64,000 nucleotides of DNA, taken from positions 224,001 through 288,000 of the forward strand of contig JBIJDH010000005.1 of the NCBI GenBank assembly GCA_044344255.1, written 5' to 3'. The notes beneath the pieces are model-generated. The model did not search any database. It saw only the letters and a list, made by a program, of their open reading frames with translations, and was not told the DNA's origin. This DNA is from Myxococcota bacterium. GTDB taxonomy: Bacteria > Myxococcota_A > UBA796 > UBA2385. Of the stretch, positions 50,824-60,558 are shown one piece after another (position 1 is the stretch's first letter; the number at the start of each line of letters is the position of its first letter). Position numbers and translations under genes: made by a program.

Positions 50824-52365
50824 TCAGACGGCGGCGGCGACGAAGTCGGCGGCGCGGTGGGCGAGGCCGTAGATCGTCTCGCTCGGGTTCACGCCGAGGG
50901 AGGTGGGCAGCACCGAGCCATCGACGACGAAGAGGTTGCCGATGTCGTGGTGGCGGTGATCGGGCCGGACGACGCTGCGCTTGGCCTCGGTGCCCATTCG
51001 GCAGCCGCCCATCTGGTGGGCGGTGAAGATGCTGTGCTGATGGGCCCCGTAGGCGCGGGTGTCGAGGAGGGGGAGGTCGGCCTTCGACTTCAGGATCAGC
51101 GGGTCTTTGTGATTGGTGTAGGCGGCCTTGGCGCCGGCGGCCAGCGTGATCTGCGCCAGCACCTCGTGGGAGGCCCGCATCGCCTCGATGAGCGCCGGGC
51201 GGATCGGGTAGTCGATCTTCACCCGCCCGTCGGGGCGGAGGCTCACGGTGCCGCCCTCGTCCCCCTCGACGAGGCCGTCGACGTGCAGCCCGAGCAGGCC
51301 GCCGAGGTGAGGGAGCTTCGGCAGGAATTCGCCGAGGCGCTGCCCGAAGGCCGGGGTGGCGACGGTGGCGATCATCGGGTGCAGCGGGGCCGACTCGAGG
51401 AAGAAGCCCACCTTGTCGGCGCCGCGGTCGATGAACTGGTGCGAGCCTACCGACTGGGGGGCCCCGCGATAGCCGGCCACCTCGTTGTCGTACTCGCCCA
51501 CCACGGCGATGACCGGGTGGAGGAAGGTGCGGCGCCCGACGAGGCCGCCGGAGTCGAGGCCCGAGCGCAGCAGCAGGGCCGGGCTGTTGATCGCGCCGCC
51601 GCAGAGCGCGACGACCTTCGGCCGGATGTGCAGGCTGCGGGGGCCGGCGTGGACGGTGCGCGGGATCATCGACCGCGCCTCGACCGCCGTCACCGCGCTG
51701 CGCTCGAGCACGATCCGCTCGGCCCGTGTGTCACTGTACAGGCGGAGGCCGTCTCTCAGCGCGTCCTGGATACAGGTCACCTGCATGGCCTGCTTGCCAT
51801 CCACAGGGCAGCCCATCGAGCAGTACCCGCTGTCCGCGCAGCCCTTCACGTTGCGGCGCAGGGCCTTGGCCTCCCAGCCGAGGGCGCGGGCGCCGTCGAG
51901 CAGGGCGCGGTTGTTCGGGTTCGCCCGTGCCTCTGGCCACTCGGCGATCGAGAGGCGGGCCTCCATGGCCTCGAAGTGAGGGGCGAGGGCGGCGGCGCTG
52001 AGCTCCCCGAGGCCGTGGTGCTTTGCCCAATGGTCGAGGATCCGCTCGGGGGTGCGAAAGCAGGTGGTCCAATTGACCGTGGTGGAGCCGCCGACGCTGC
52101 GCCCCTGCATGATCGAGATGGCGAGGTCAGCCGTCGCGCGGGCGCCGCCGTCCTGATAGAGCATCGGATAGGCGTCGGCCTCTCGGAGGGTGAAGTCTCT
52201 CCGGGTGTGCCAGCCCCCCTCCTCGATCATCACCACGTCTCTCCCCGCGGCGCAGAGCTCGGCGGCGAGCACGGCCCCGCCGGCGCCGGAGCCGATGATC
52301 AGCACCTCACAGCTGAGCTCCTGGTCAGACTGGAGCTCAGTCCCGCGGGTGAGTTGTCCGCTCAT
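50824..52365 (-). CDS. GMC family flavoprotein oxidoreductase
   Basis: GSGAGG, VGGSTTVN, C..GC, AHQMGGCRMG, GVNP. Confidence 0.9.
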   Translation of the reverse strand: MSGQLTRGTELQSDQELSCEVLIIGSGAGGAVLAAELCAAGRDVVMIEEGGWHTRRDFTLREADAYPMLYQDGGARATADLAISIMQGRSVGGSTTVNWTTCFRTPERILDHWAKHHGLGELSAAALAPHFEAMEARLSIAEWPEARANPNNRALLDGARALGWEAKALRRNVKGCADSGYCSMGCPVDGKQAMQVTCIQDALRDGLRLYSDTRAERIVLERSAVTAVEARSMIPRTVHAGPRSLHIRPKVVALCGGAINSPALLLRSGLDSGGLVGRRTFLHPVIAVVGEYDNEVAGYRGAPQSVGSHQFIDRGADKVGFFLESAPLHPMIATVATPAFGQRLGEFLPKLPHLGGLLGLHVDGLVEGDEGGTVSLRPDGRVKIDYPIRPALIEAMRASHEVLAQITLAAGAKAAYTNHKDPLILKSKADLPLLDTRAYGAHQHSIFTAHQMGGCRMGTEAKRSVVRPDHRHHDIGNLFVVDGSVLPTSLGVNPSETIYGLAHRAADFVAAAV

Positions 52366-52961
52366 GGGCGCACCTCAGGGGCGATGGGGGGCGGGCAGTC
52401 GGCAGGGGGCGGCGTGTCTGTCCAGGGGTCGAGGGCGCAGCGCTGCCCGAAGTCGGGCGGGCCGGGGTAGCCGACCGGGCCCTCGATCGCCCGCATGGTG
52501 CCCCAGGCCCCGCAGAGGAGGCCGCGCAGGGCCCGAAAGGCGACGCGCACCTGCTCGACCGGGCTGTCGCGGAAGCCCAGCAGCGCGAGGTCCGCCGCCT
52601 CGGGGTCAAGCGTCGAGAAGGGGCGGGTCCGCCCGCCGAGGAGCGTGGCCAGCAGCGCGTTCTCGAAGAGGAAGAGCGCCTGCTTGAGCTCGGCCTGGTC
52701 GGCCGGGTGCATGCCGGCGGCGACGGCGTCGACGGCTGTGGCCACCTCCACCCGCAGGTCGGGCATCGGCGGCGCGTGCGGGGTGAGCCCCGAGGCGAGG
52801 GCGAAGAGGATCGCCATCTCGTCGGCCGAGAAGACGAGGCCCTTCGGGAGGGGGACGGCGGGACGCGCGCCCGGGCGGAGGAAGAGCGCGACGCCCCCTC
52901 CTGCGAGCAGGGCCGAGAGTCCGCCGAGGCCGAGGAGGATGGAGCGCCGGGTCGTCGCCAT
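52362..52961 (-). CDS. Tat-signal partner subunit of the GMC enzyme (gluconate-2-dehydrogenase subunit 3-like)
   Basis: TRRSIL twin-Arg signal, GYPGP motif, coupled to the GMC gene. Confidence 0.65.
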   Translation of the reverse strand: MATTRRSILLGLGGLSALLAGGGVALFLRPGARPAVPLPKGLVFSADEMAILFALASGLTPHAPPMPDLRVEVATAVDAVAAGMHPADQAELKQALFLFENALLATLLGGRTRPFSTLDPEAADLALLGFRDSPVEQVRVAFRALRGLLCGAWGTMRAIEGPVGYPGPPDFGQRCALDPWTDTPPPADCPPPIAPEVRP

Positions 52962-52999
52962 GGCGGCAGCTTACCGCGCCGCTGGGGGCCGCGCCGCGC

Positions 53000-54397
53000 T
53001 CAGCGCGTGTCCATCGCGGGGGCGGGATCGGCGGGGTTCACGGGCTGGCCGGCGCGCCACACGGCCACGATCTGCTGCGTGGCGCCGATGTCCTCGAGCG
53101 GATCGCCGCGGATGAGCAGCAGGTCGGCCGCCTTGCCCACCTCGACCGTCCCGTACTCGGTGTCGCCGTAGAGGGCGGCGGCCCGGGAGGTCGCGCCCAG
53201 GAGCACGTCGGCGGCGGGCACCCCCATTCGGTGCAGCCAGGCGAGCTCGGCGTGGATCGAGCTGCCTGCGAGGTCGGCCGGCAGCGGGCTGTCGGAGCCG
53301 GCGAGGATGACCACCCCAGCGGCCTGTGCGCGGGCGACGTTGCCCGGCCAGGCCTCCCGCCAGCGGTTGACCTCGCGACCGAAGTCGCCCACGACAGGGG
53401 CCTCTCCGAAGGCGAGGCCGGCACCCCCCTCCATCGTGGCGATGAGCGAGGCGGGGTGCAGCGCCCGGTCGAGCGCGCTCGGCGCCCAATGGCCCAGGGC
53501 GAGCCGGCCGGTGTTGTCATACGCGGCGCCGGTCCAGACCACCGGCACGCGGGCGGCGGCGATGAGCGCGGCCCCCTCGGCCGACAGCTCGCTCGTGAGC
53601 ACGCCGTGGACGAGGGCGTCGGCCCCGGCGGCGATGGCCATCCGGGCGTCCTCCTCGCGGCCGATGTGCACGAAGGCGCGCCGATCGTGGGCGTGGGCGG
53701 CCTTCACGAGGGCGTCGAGGCGGGCCTCGTCGATGTGGGCGGCGCCGGGCGGCAGCGAGTCGCAGATGATCTTGATGGCGTCCGCACCGTCAGCGATGGC
53801 CTGCAGCACGATGCCTTCGGCGTCCTCGGGGCGCTCGATCACCGGCACGAGGCGGCGGACGGCGCTCGACAAGGGCCAGGGCAGCAGGGCCTCGGCGGCG
53901 GGGATGGGGTGGCCTTCGGGGACGGTGATCGGCGAATTGGTGCGGCGCACGCGGGGCCCGAAGTCCTCGCCGCTCGCCAGCTTGGCGAGGGCGCGGTCCT
54001 GCATCCCGGCGGGGCCGCCCATGTCGAAGACGGTGGTGACCCCGGCGGCGAGCCAGGCCTGGAGCGAGTGCCGCGGGTCGGGTGTGGTGAGGGTGCCGGG
54101 CATCGCGACCGGCGCCGTGAGGTGGACGTGCGCGTCGACGAGGCCGGGGAGGAGCGTCAGGCCCGCCCCCTCGATGACCCGGCCCTCCGGTGGGGATTGC
54201 CCGGTCGGCCCCACAGCCGCGATCTTCCCGTCGCGGAGGGTCACGTCTTGGTGCGCGAGCAGCGCAGGACCGGTGGCGGGGAAGACCGAGACGTCGTGGA
54301 CGGTGACGGTCTCGACGGGGCCGAGGGTGACGAGGTCCGGGGCCTTCTTCCCCCCGCAGGCGAGCGCGGTGAGCAGCAGGTAGGCGGGGGTCATCAT
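53000..54397 (-). CDS. Amidohydrolase family lipoprotein
   Basis: LAC lipobox, PGLVDAHVH, GVTT, AGSD, GKAADL. Confidence 0.85.
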   Translation of the reverse strand: MMTPAYLLLTALACGGKKAPDLVTLGPVETVTVHDVSVFPATGPALLAHQDVTLRDGKIAAVGPTGQSPPEGRVIEGAGLTLLPGLVDAHVHLTAPVAMPGTLTTPDPRHSLQAWLAAGVTTVFDMGGPAGMQDRALAKLASGEDFGPRVRRTNSPITVPEGHPIPAAEALLPWPLSSAVRRLVPVIERPEDAEGIVLQAIADGADAIKIICDSLPPGAAHIDEARLDALVKAAHAHDRRAFVHIGREEDARMAIAAGADALVHGVLTSELSAEGAALIAAARVPVVWTGAAYDNTGRLALGHWAPSALDRALHPASLIATMEGGAGLAFGEAPVVGDFGREVNRWREAWPGNVARAQAAGVVILAGSDSPLPADLAGSSIHAELAWLHRMGVPAADVLLGATSRAAALYGDTEYGTVEVGKAADLLLIRGDPLEDIGATQQIVAVWRAGQPVNPADPAPAMDTR

Positions 54398-54638
54398 GTC
54401 GCCAGCTCGCAGCCAGAGAGAGGGTGGGTGTCGCGACGAGCGGGGCGCCCGAGCCCCGCGGGGGGCCGCGGGAGTGGGCCATCAGCGCAGGTTAACGGCG
54501 CTCGGTGGTGCCTTCAAGCGGCCACCGACCTGCCGGCGCTGCGCTGGCGCTCGTGTGGGTCCGCTCGACCGCCGGGCCGTCACCTCGCCCCGCTCGGTTA
54601 TGGCGGTCCGGCCCTCGCCCCTCCTGCCTGAGCCCGCC

Positions 54639-55829
54639 ATGCCCGCCCTCAGCCGCCGCTTCTTCAACACCGCCGGCCCCTGTCGGGCAGAGGATCATTA
54701 CATGCTCCCGCCGCTGCGGCGGCTGCCGGAGCTGCAGCGCCTCGTGGCGGAGCGCCAGTTCTACTCGCTACACGCGGCGCGACAGACTGGAAAGACCACG
54801 GCGATGCTGGCCTTCGCCGAGGAGCTCCGCACGAATGGCGCGGTCGCCCTTCACACATCCCTCGAGACCGCGCGCCAGACCCCCGCCGTCGAGGCGGCTG
54901 AACCGCGTTGGCTTCGAGCGATCTTCGACAGCGCGCGGTGGGCCCTCGTGCCCGGCGAGCGCCCCCCTCCGCTCGCCGAGGTCCTCGGCGGAGAGCCTGG
55001 CACGAGGCTCGGCACCTATCTGAGCGATTGGGCGGCGGCCCTCCACCCTCGCCCGCTGGTGCTCCTGTTCGACGAGGTGGACTGCGTCGAGGGTGAGGCG
55101 ATGGTGAGCCTCCTCGGTCAGCTTCGGGCCGGGTTCTCCCTTCGCCCGAGGGCCTTCCCCTCCTCCATCGCCCTCATCGGCATGCGCGACCCGAAGGACT
55201 ACCTTGTGGAGTCCAAGGGTGGAGCGCCGCCAAACCCCGGCTCCCCCTTCAACATCAAGGCGGCCTCTCTCACGTTGTCGAGCTTCACCCTCGAGGACGT
55301 GGCCGAGCTGTATGGGCAGCACGCGGGCGACACCGGCCAGCCCTTCACCGACGCCGCGATCGATCGGGCCTATCAGCTCAGCCAGGGGCAGCCCTTCCTG
55401 GTCAACGCGCTGGCCTATCACCTGACCCGGGAGCAGCCTGTCCCGACGCCCACCCCGATCACGGCGGCGGACATCGACCGCGCGAAGGAGCACCTCGTCC
55501 GCGCCCGCACCACCCATCTGGACAACCTGTCCCACCGCCTCTACGAGCCACGTGTGGCCGCGATCCTCCGGCCGATCCTGATGGGAGACCCTGTCCCCTC
55601 GGGCCGGGACGAAGACGTCGAATATTCGATTGACCTCGGCCTCATCCGACGGGAGTCGGGCGGCCTCGCGCTGGCGAACCCGATCTATCGGGAGGTGCTG
55701 CCGCGGGCCCTCTCGGCGACCCGGGAGATGTCGCTCGCCGATCCGTGGTGGCCCTGGCGCAGGGCGGGCGGGGGGCTCGATCTCCCCGCCCTGATCGATG
55801 CCCCTTCAGACGACGATCCCGCGGGGTAA
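54639..55829 (+). CDS. P-loop AAA-like ATPase (FFNTAGP family), probably C-terminally truncated
   Basis: RFFNTAGPC, AARQTGKTT, LFDEVD, SPFNIKA, GQPFLVN, NPIYRE; ends abruptly LIDAPSDDDPAG*. Confidence 0.75.
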   Translation: MPALSRRFFNTAGPCRAEDHYMLPPLRRLPELQRLVAERQFYSLHAARQTGKTTAMLAFAEELRTNGAVALHTSLETARQTPAVEAAEPRWLRAIFDSARWALVPGERPPPLAEVLGGEPGTRLGTYLSDWAAALHPRPLVLLFDEVDCVEGEAMVSLLGQLRAGFSLRPRAFPSSIALIGMRDPKDYLVESKGGAPPNPGSPFNIKAASLTLSSFTLEDVAELYGQHAGDTGQPFTDAAIDRAYQLSQGQPFLVNALAYHLTREQPVPTPTPITAADIDRAKEHLVRARTTHLDNLSHRLYEPRVAAILRPILMGDPVPSGRDEDVEYSIDLGLIRRESGGLALANPIYREVLPRALSATREMSLADPWWPWRRAGGGLDLPALIDAPSDDDPAG

Positions 55830-55850
55830 TATGTGGGTATGGAGGTGCCC

Positions 55851-56099
55851 ATGGAGCTCGACCACCGAACCACCATCCTTCTCCCGCCTGGCGTACATCG
55901 GCGGCTCCAGCGCATCGCCGCGCGTCGCGGCACCAGCATGGGGGCCCTCATCCGTGAGGCCATCGAGAAGCAGTACGCGAGCGACGACGTCGAGCTGCGC
56001 CTCGACGCGCTCAAGGCCCTCTCCGAGCTCTCGCTGCCCGTGAGCAGCGTGGAGGGGATGAAGCGGGAGAGCGTCGAGCCGCCGATGGAGCTCCCTTGA
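55851..56099 (+). CDS. RHH/CopG-type antitoxin (VapB-like)
   Basis: RTTILL...SMGALIREAIE; overlaps the PIN gene start; start could be 55833-55851. Confidence 0.8.
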   Translation: MELDHRTTILLPPGVHRRLQRIAARRGTSMGALIREAIEKQYASDDVELRLDALKALSELSLPVSSVEGMKRESVEPPMELP

Positions 56100-56509
56100 T
56101 CCTCATCGACACGAACGTCTTCATGTACGTCGCGGGTCGTGAGCACCCGCACCGGGCGCCGAGCCGGCTCTTCTTGGAGCGCGTGGTGAAGGGTGAGATC
56201 TCCGCGGTCATTGACGCGGAGGTGCTCCAGGAGATCCTCCACCGCTACCGGGCCGTCGGGCGGTGGGAGGATGGGCGACGCGTCTACGACCTCGTCCGGA
56301 CCGTGGTCCCCGACGTGCTCGATGTGGGCGCCGAGATGATAGACCGCGCCCGCGCCCTGATGGAGCAGTACCCTGCGCTCCTTGCCCGGGACGCTGTCCA
56401 TGCGGCGGCGGTGATAGAGATCGGCGCCGAGGCCCTCTGCACCTGGGACAAGGACTTCGCGGTCATCCGCGAGATTCGGGTCGTCCAGCCCACCGAGCTG
56501 CTCGGATAG
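56096..56509 (+). CDS. vapC: PIN-domain toxin
   Basis: ILIDTNV, EVLQE, RDAVHAA, TWDKDF. Confidence 0.9.
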   Translation: MILIDTNVFMYVAGREHPHRAPSRLFLERVVKGEISAVIDAEVLQEILHRYRAVGRWEDGRRVYDLVRTVVPDVLDVGAEMIDRARALMEQYPALLARDAVHAAAVIEIGAEALCTWDKDFAVIREIRVVQPTELLG

Positions 56510-56574
56510 AGGGTGGCCTCGCCCCGCTTTCGACCACCGGCGAGCCACTCTGCGTCCCCACTGCGTCCCCCACT

Positions 56575-56738
56575 GCGTCCCCCTCCGCCGCCGCTGCGGC
56601 GGCACCTCCCCCATAAGATGGGGGAGGATGTTCGAGTTGATTCGATAGGTAGTAGGCGCGTTCGGGTGTGTCGCTCTTCACGATTGTCCTCCCCCATCAT
56701 ATGGGGGAGGTGGCGCTCTGAGCGCCGGAGGGGGACGC
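56575..56738. repeat. Inverted pair of REP-like palindromic elements (56575-56628 and 56685-56738)
   Basis: Each has the stem-loop cctcccccat-NNN-atgggggagg plus a second GC hairpin; the two are near reverse complements. Confidence 0.85.
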
Positions 56739-58025
56739 TGGGAGGCGCCCCGAATCGCGGTGAGTGAGCGTAGTCGCGGCCCGGTATGTAGAGGTAAGAT
56801 CGCGCCCCGGGATCTCTCGGGCCCGATGAGATAGTCTCGGCCGCCGAGGCCCGCACCATGACCGATCGCATCCGCTGGATCCAAGACGGGAGGGCGATGG
56901 ACCTCACGCTGGTCGGCCGCCTCCTCGCGCCCGAGTCGGTGGCGGGAGACGCGCACTGTCGGATTGGCGGTCAGGCGCACCTGTACCGGGTGCGGACGCC
57001 GACGGGCGAGGTCCGCGCGTGTAAGCTCGCGATCGACCCCGAGAACAACAGCCTGCTTCGTCGCGAGCACGACCACTACCAGCGCCTGCACCGGGACAGC
57101 GCGCGGGCCGCGGAGTGGCTGCTCCGCTGCCATGGGCAGGGAGAGCACGGGGGCCGCGCCTTCCTCGTGCTCGACTGGGTCGAGCAGAGCCTGCGGGACC
57201 GCTTCCCGACCGCCTCTGGCGCCCAGAACCTCGCGTCCGGCCCGGGCCCTACCCTCCGGGAGCGCCTCCGCTGGGCGGCGGCGGCCTGTGACACGATCGC
57301 GGCCTTCCACGCCGCAGCGGGCTCGACGATCATCCACCAGGACATCAAGCCGGGGAACTTCCTCGTCGCTGCCGAAGATCCCCCGCGCCTCCTGCTCTCC
57401 GATCTCGCCGGTAGCCGCGGCCTCCTTCGCAAGACCAATGGCCGCTCGACCACGCGCCCCGGCGCGGTGACGGAGGGCTACGCGCCGCCGGAGCTGGAGC
57501 TGCCCCAGGGCGTCCGCCGGCCCACCGTGCAGGTAGACCGCTTCTCACTGGCGGTGACGGTGTACGAGGTCGTGACCGGCCAGCGCCCGCTCAAGGCGGG
57601 CCTCAGCGGGGCCTTCAGCTCGGACGGCAAGCGCCTTCACGAGCTGCACAAGGAGGTGGTGCTGGGGGAGGGTCTGCCGAACGAGGAGGAGGAGGAGTAC
57701 CGGGTGCTCGGTGAGCGGGCCCTCCCCGAGCTGCTGCACATCAAGGGGACGCTGCTCGGCCCGCGCTTCGGGGAGCACCTCGTGCGGGCCTTCGGCGAAG
57801 GAGCCGAGGCCGAGCGGCGGGCGAAGCGCCTCGGCGACAAGCTGAAGGAGGCCCTCGCGGTGTCCCCGGAGGACCGGCGGGTGTCCCCGGACTCGCTGGC
57901 CGATCTCTGTCGGGACCTCGCCGACGCGGTGGGGGTCGAGCCCCCGAAGGTGGTGGAGGCGCCGCGGCCGCGCCCACTGCCGAGGCCGAATCAGGCGGGC
58001 TCAGTGGGGGTGCGCCGGGGGCCGC
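56685..58025 (+). repeat. ~1.34 kb direct repeat, copy 1 (REP + leader + kinase domain)
   Basis: Matches 59218-60558 at offset 2533; ORF translations are identical in several frames; the only differences seen are in REP loops. Confidence 0.95.
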
Positions 58026-59131
58026 CCTCGCCCGTGGAAGGGGCGGCGCCCTCTCCCGTTTCTTTGGATGCCGACGAGACGCCTGCAGCGGGGCCGGAGC
58101 CCCGGGAGTCTACGTGGGTCGCTCCGGAGGAGAGCCCGGCCCCAACACAGCCGCCCACCTATTCACCGCCGCCGCCGCCGCCGCCGCCGCCGGAGAACGC
58201 GCCGCGTCGTCCCTCGAACGACAAAGGTGAGGTGCCGCAAACGCAGGAGGGGCGCCCTGTCGGGGCCTCCGCTTCTGGCATCGGCGGCTCCGCGCTCTTG
58301 GGCGCCCTGGCGGCCTTTGCCGCGGTGGCGGGGTTGATCGTGTGGGCTTTGGGCGCGAGCGCCCCCTCTGGCGCGGAGGGGGACCTCACCTGGGTGACGG
58401 TGCCCGCCGGCGAGGGTGTTATCGGCGATGATGGTACCTTCGACGTGCAAAGCGACGAAAAACCGCGATTCCGGGTGAAGTTTGCGCGGTCTTTCAAGAT
58501 GTTGGAGACGGAGGTCACTAACCGACAGTACGCGGCGAAGAACCCAGACCACAGCCCGGTGGATGACAAGCCTGTCGTCAGTGTCAATTGGAATGATGCC
58601 AGGGCGTATTGTGCCGCGATTGGCGCGAGGCTGCCGACGGAGCTCGAGTGGGAGTTCGCCGTGCGGGCCGGCGGTGAGGGCGCGTACGGCCTCGGCGCAG
58701 AGGGCGTAGAGGTTACGGAGACCAACCTCCAGAGCTACGCTTGGTTGACGACCAACTCTGGCTAGAGGGTGCACGATGTGAGGCAGAAGAAGGCCAACGC
58801 CTGGGGCCTCTATGACCTCTGGGGTAACGTCTGGGAGTGGGTTGAGGATGGGTACTCGAAAAGAGCCTGGGCGGCGCTGTCGGCCGCAGGGACGTTGTTG
58901 ACCACTGGAGCGCGCTTGGTGACAGATCCACGCGTTGTTGACACGATTGATGACGAGGATGCGAACACGCCCCCCGCCCTCCGTGTCTTCCGCGGGGGCT
59001 CCGCCTGGTTCGGGCCCACATGGTTGCGCTCAGGGTACCGGCGCTGGGACGCGCCCGCGGTCTCGGACGCGAACCTCGGTTTTCGTTGCGTCTCGGCCCC
59101 CGCGCCCCGGCCCTTGAACCTTGCGCCTTGA
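56858..59131 (+). pseudogene. Ser/Thr kinase, Pro-rich linker, TM, FGE-sulfatase/CLec protein, copy 1, with in-frame TAG at 58763-58765
   Basis: [43 protein letters not shown]; the frame continues after TAG with [27 protein letters not shown]. Confidence 0.8.
58166..58192 (+). repeat. (CCG)9 microsatellite encoding poly-Pro
   Basis: Read directly; absent from the copy 2 linker. Confidence 0.85.
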
Positions 59132-59217
59132 TCCTTGTGGTCTGGCCGGCAGAATGCGTACAGCGCTCGCGGAAATTGTCATGAAGGGTCGGCCGGGGGG
59201 ATCCCTGCGGCTGTCCC

Positions 59218-60558
59218 TGTCCTCCCCCATCTTATGGGGGAGGTGGCGCTTTTAGCGCCGGAGGGGGACGCTGGGAGGCGCCCCGAATCGCGGTGAGTGA
59301 GCGTAGTCGCGGCCCGGTATGTAGAGGTAAGATCGCGCCCCGGGATCTCTCGGGCCCGATGAGATAGTCTCGGCCGCCGAGGCCCGCACCATGACCGATC
59401 GCATCCGCTGGATCCAAGACGGGAGGGCGATGGACCTCACGCTGGTCGGCCGCCTCCTCGCGCCCGAGTCGGTGGCGGGAGACGCGCACTGTCGGATTGG
59501 CGGTCAGGCGCACCTGTACCGGGTGCGGACGCCGACGGGCGAGGTCCGCGCGTGTAAGCTCGCGATCGACCCCGAGAACAACAGCCTGCTTCGTCGCGAG
59601 CACGACCACTACCAGCGCCTGCACCGGGACAGCGCGCGGGCCGCGGAGTGGCTGCTCCGCTGCCATGGGCAGGGAGAGCACGGGGGCCGCGCCTTCCTCG
59701 TGCTCGACTGGGTCGAGCAGAGCCTGCGGGACCGCTTCCCGACCGCCTCTGGCGCCCAGAACCTCGCGTCCGGCCCGGGCCCTACCCTCCGGGAGCGCCT
59801 CCGCTGGGCGGCGGCGGCCTGTGACACGATCGCGGCCTTCCACGCCGCAGCGGGCTCGACGATCATCCACCAGGACATCAAGCCGGGGAACTTCCTCGTC
59901 GCTGCCGAAGATCCCCCGCGCCTCCTGCTCTCCGATCTCGCCGGTAGCCGCGGCCTCCTTCGCAAGACCAATGGCCGCTCGACCACGCGCCCCGGCGCGG
60001 TGACGGAGGGCTACGCGCCGCCGGAGCTGGAGCTGCCCCAGGGCGTCCGCCGGCCCACCGTGCAGGTAGACCGCTTCTCACTGGCGGTGACGGTGTACGA
60101 GGTCGTGACCGGCCAGCGCCCGCTCAAGGCGGGCCTCAGCGGGGCCTTCAGCTCGGACGGCAAGCGCCTTCACGAGCTGCACAAGGAGGTGGTGCTGGGG
60201 GAGGGTCTGCCGAACGAGGAGGAGGAGGAGTACCGGGTGCTCGGTGAGCGGGCCCTCCCCGAGCTGCTGCACATCAAGGGGACGCTGCTCGGCCCGCGCT
60301 TCGGGGAGCACCTCGTGCGGGCCTTCGGCGAAGGAGCCGAGGCCGAGCGGCGGGCGAAGCGCCTCGGCGACAAGCTGAAGGAGGCCCTCGCGGTGTCCCC
60401 GGAGGACCGGCGGGTGTCCCCGGACTCGCTGGCCGATCTCTGTCGGGACCTCGCCGACGCGGTGGGGGTCGAGCCCCCGAAGGTGGTGGAGGCGCCGCGG
60501 CCGCGCCCACTGCCGAGGCCGAATCAGGCGGGCTCAGTGGGGGTGCGCCGGGGGCCGC
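59218..60558 (+). repeat. ~1.34 kb direct repeat, copy 2
   Basis: Matches 56685-58025. Confidence 0.95.

Noticed and set aside
56550..56740. CRISPR array
   Set aside because: Repeats are inverted palindromes and a short ctgcgtcccca stutter, without regular unique spacers; no cas genes
58763..58765. Pyrrolysine or genome-wide TAG recoding
   Set aside because: TAG ends well-defined genes here (uvrB, vapC, dCMP deaminase) and no pyl genes are in the window
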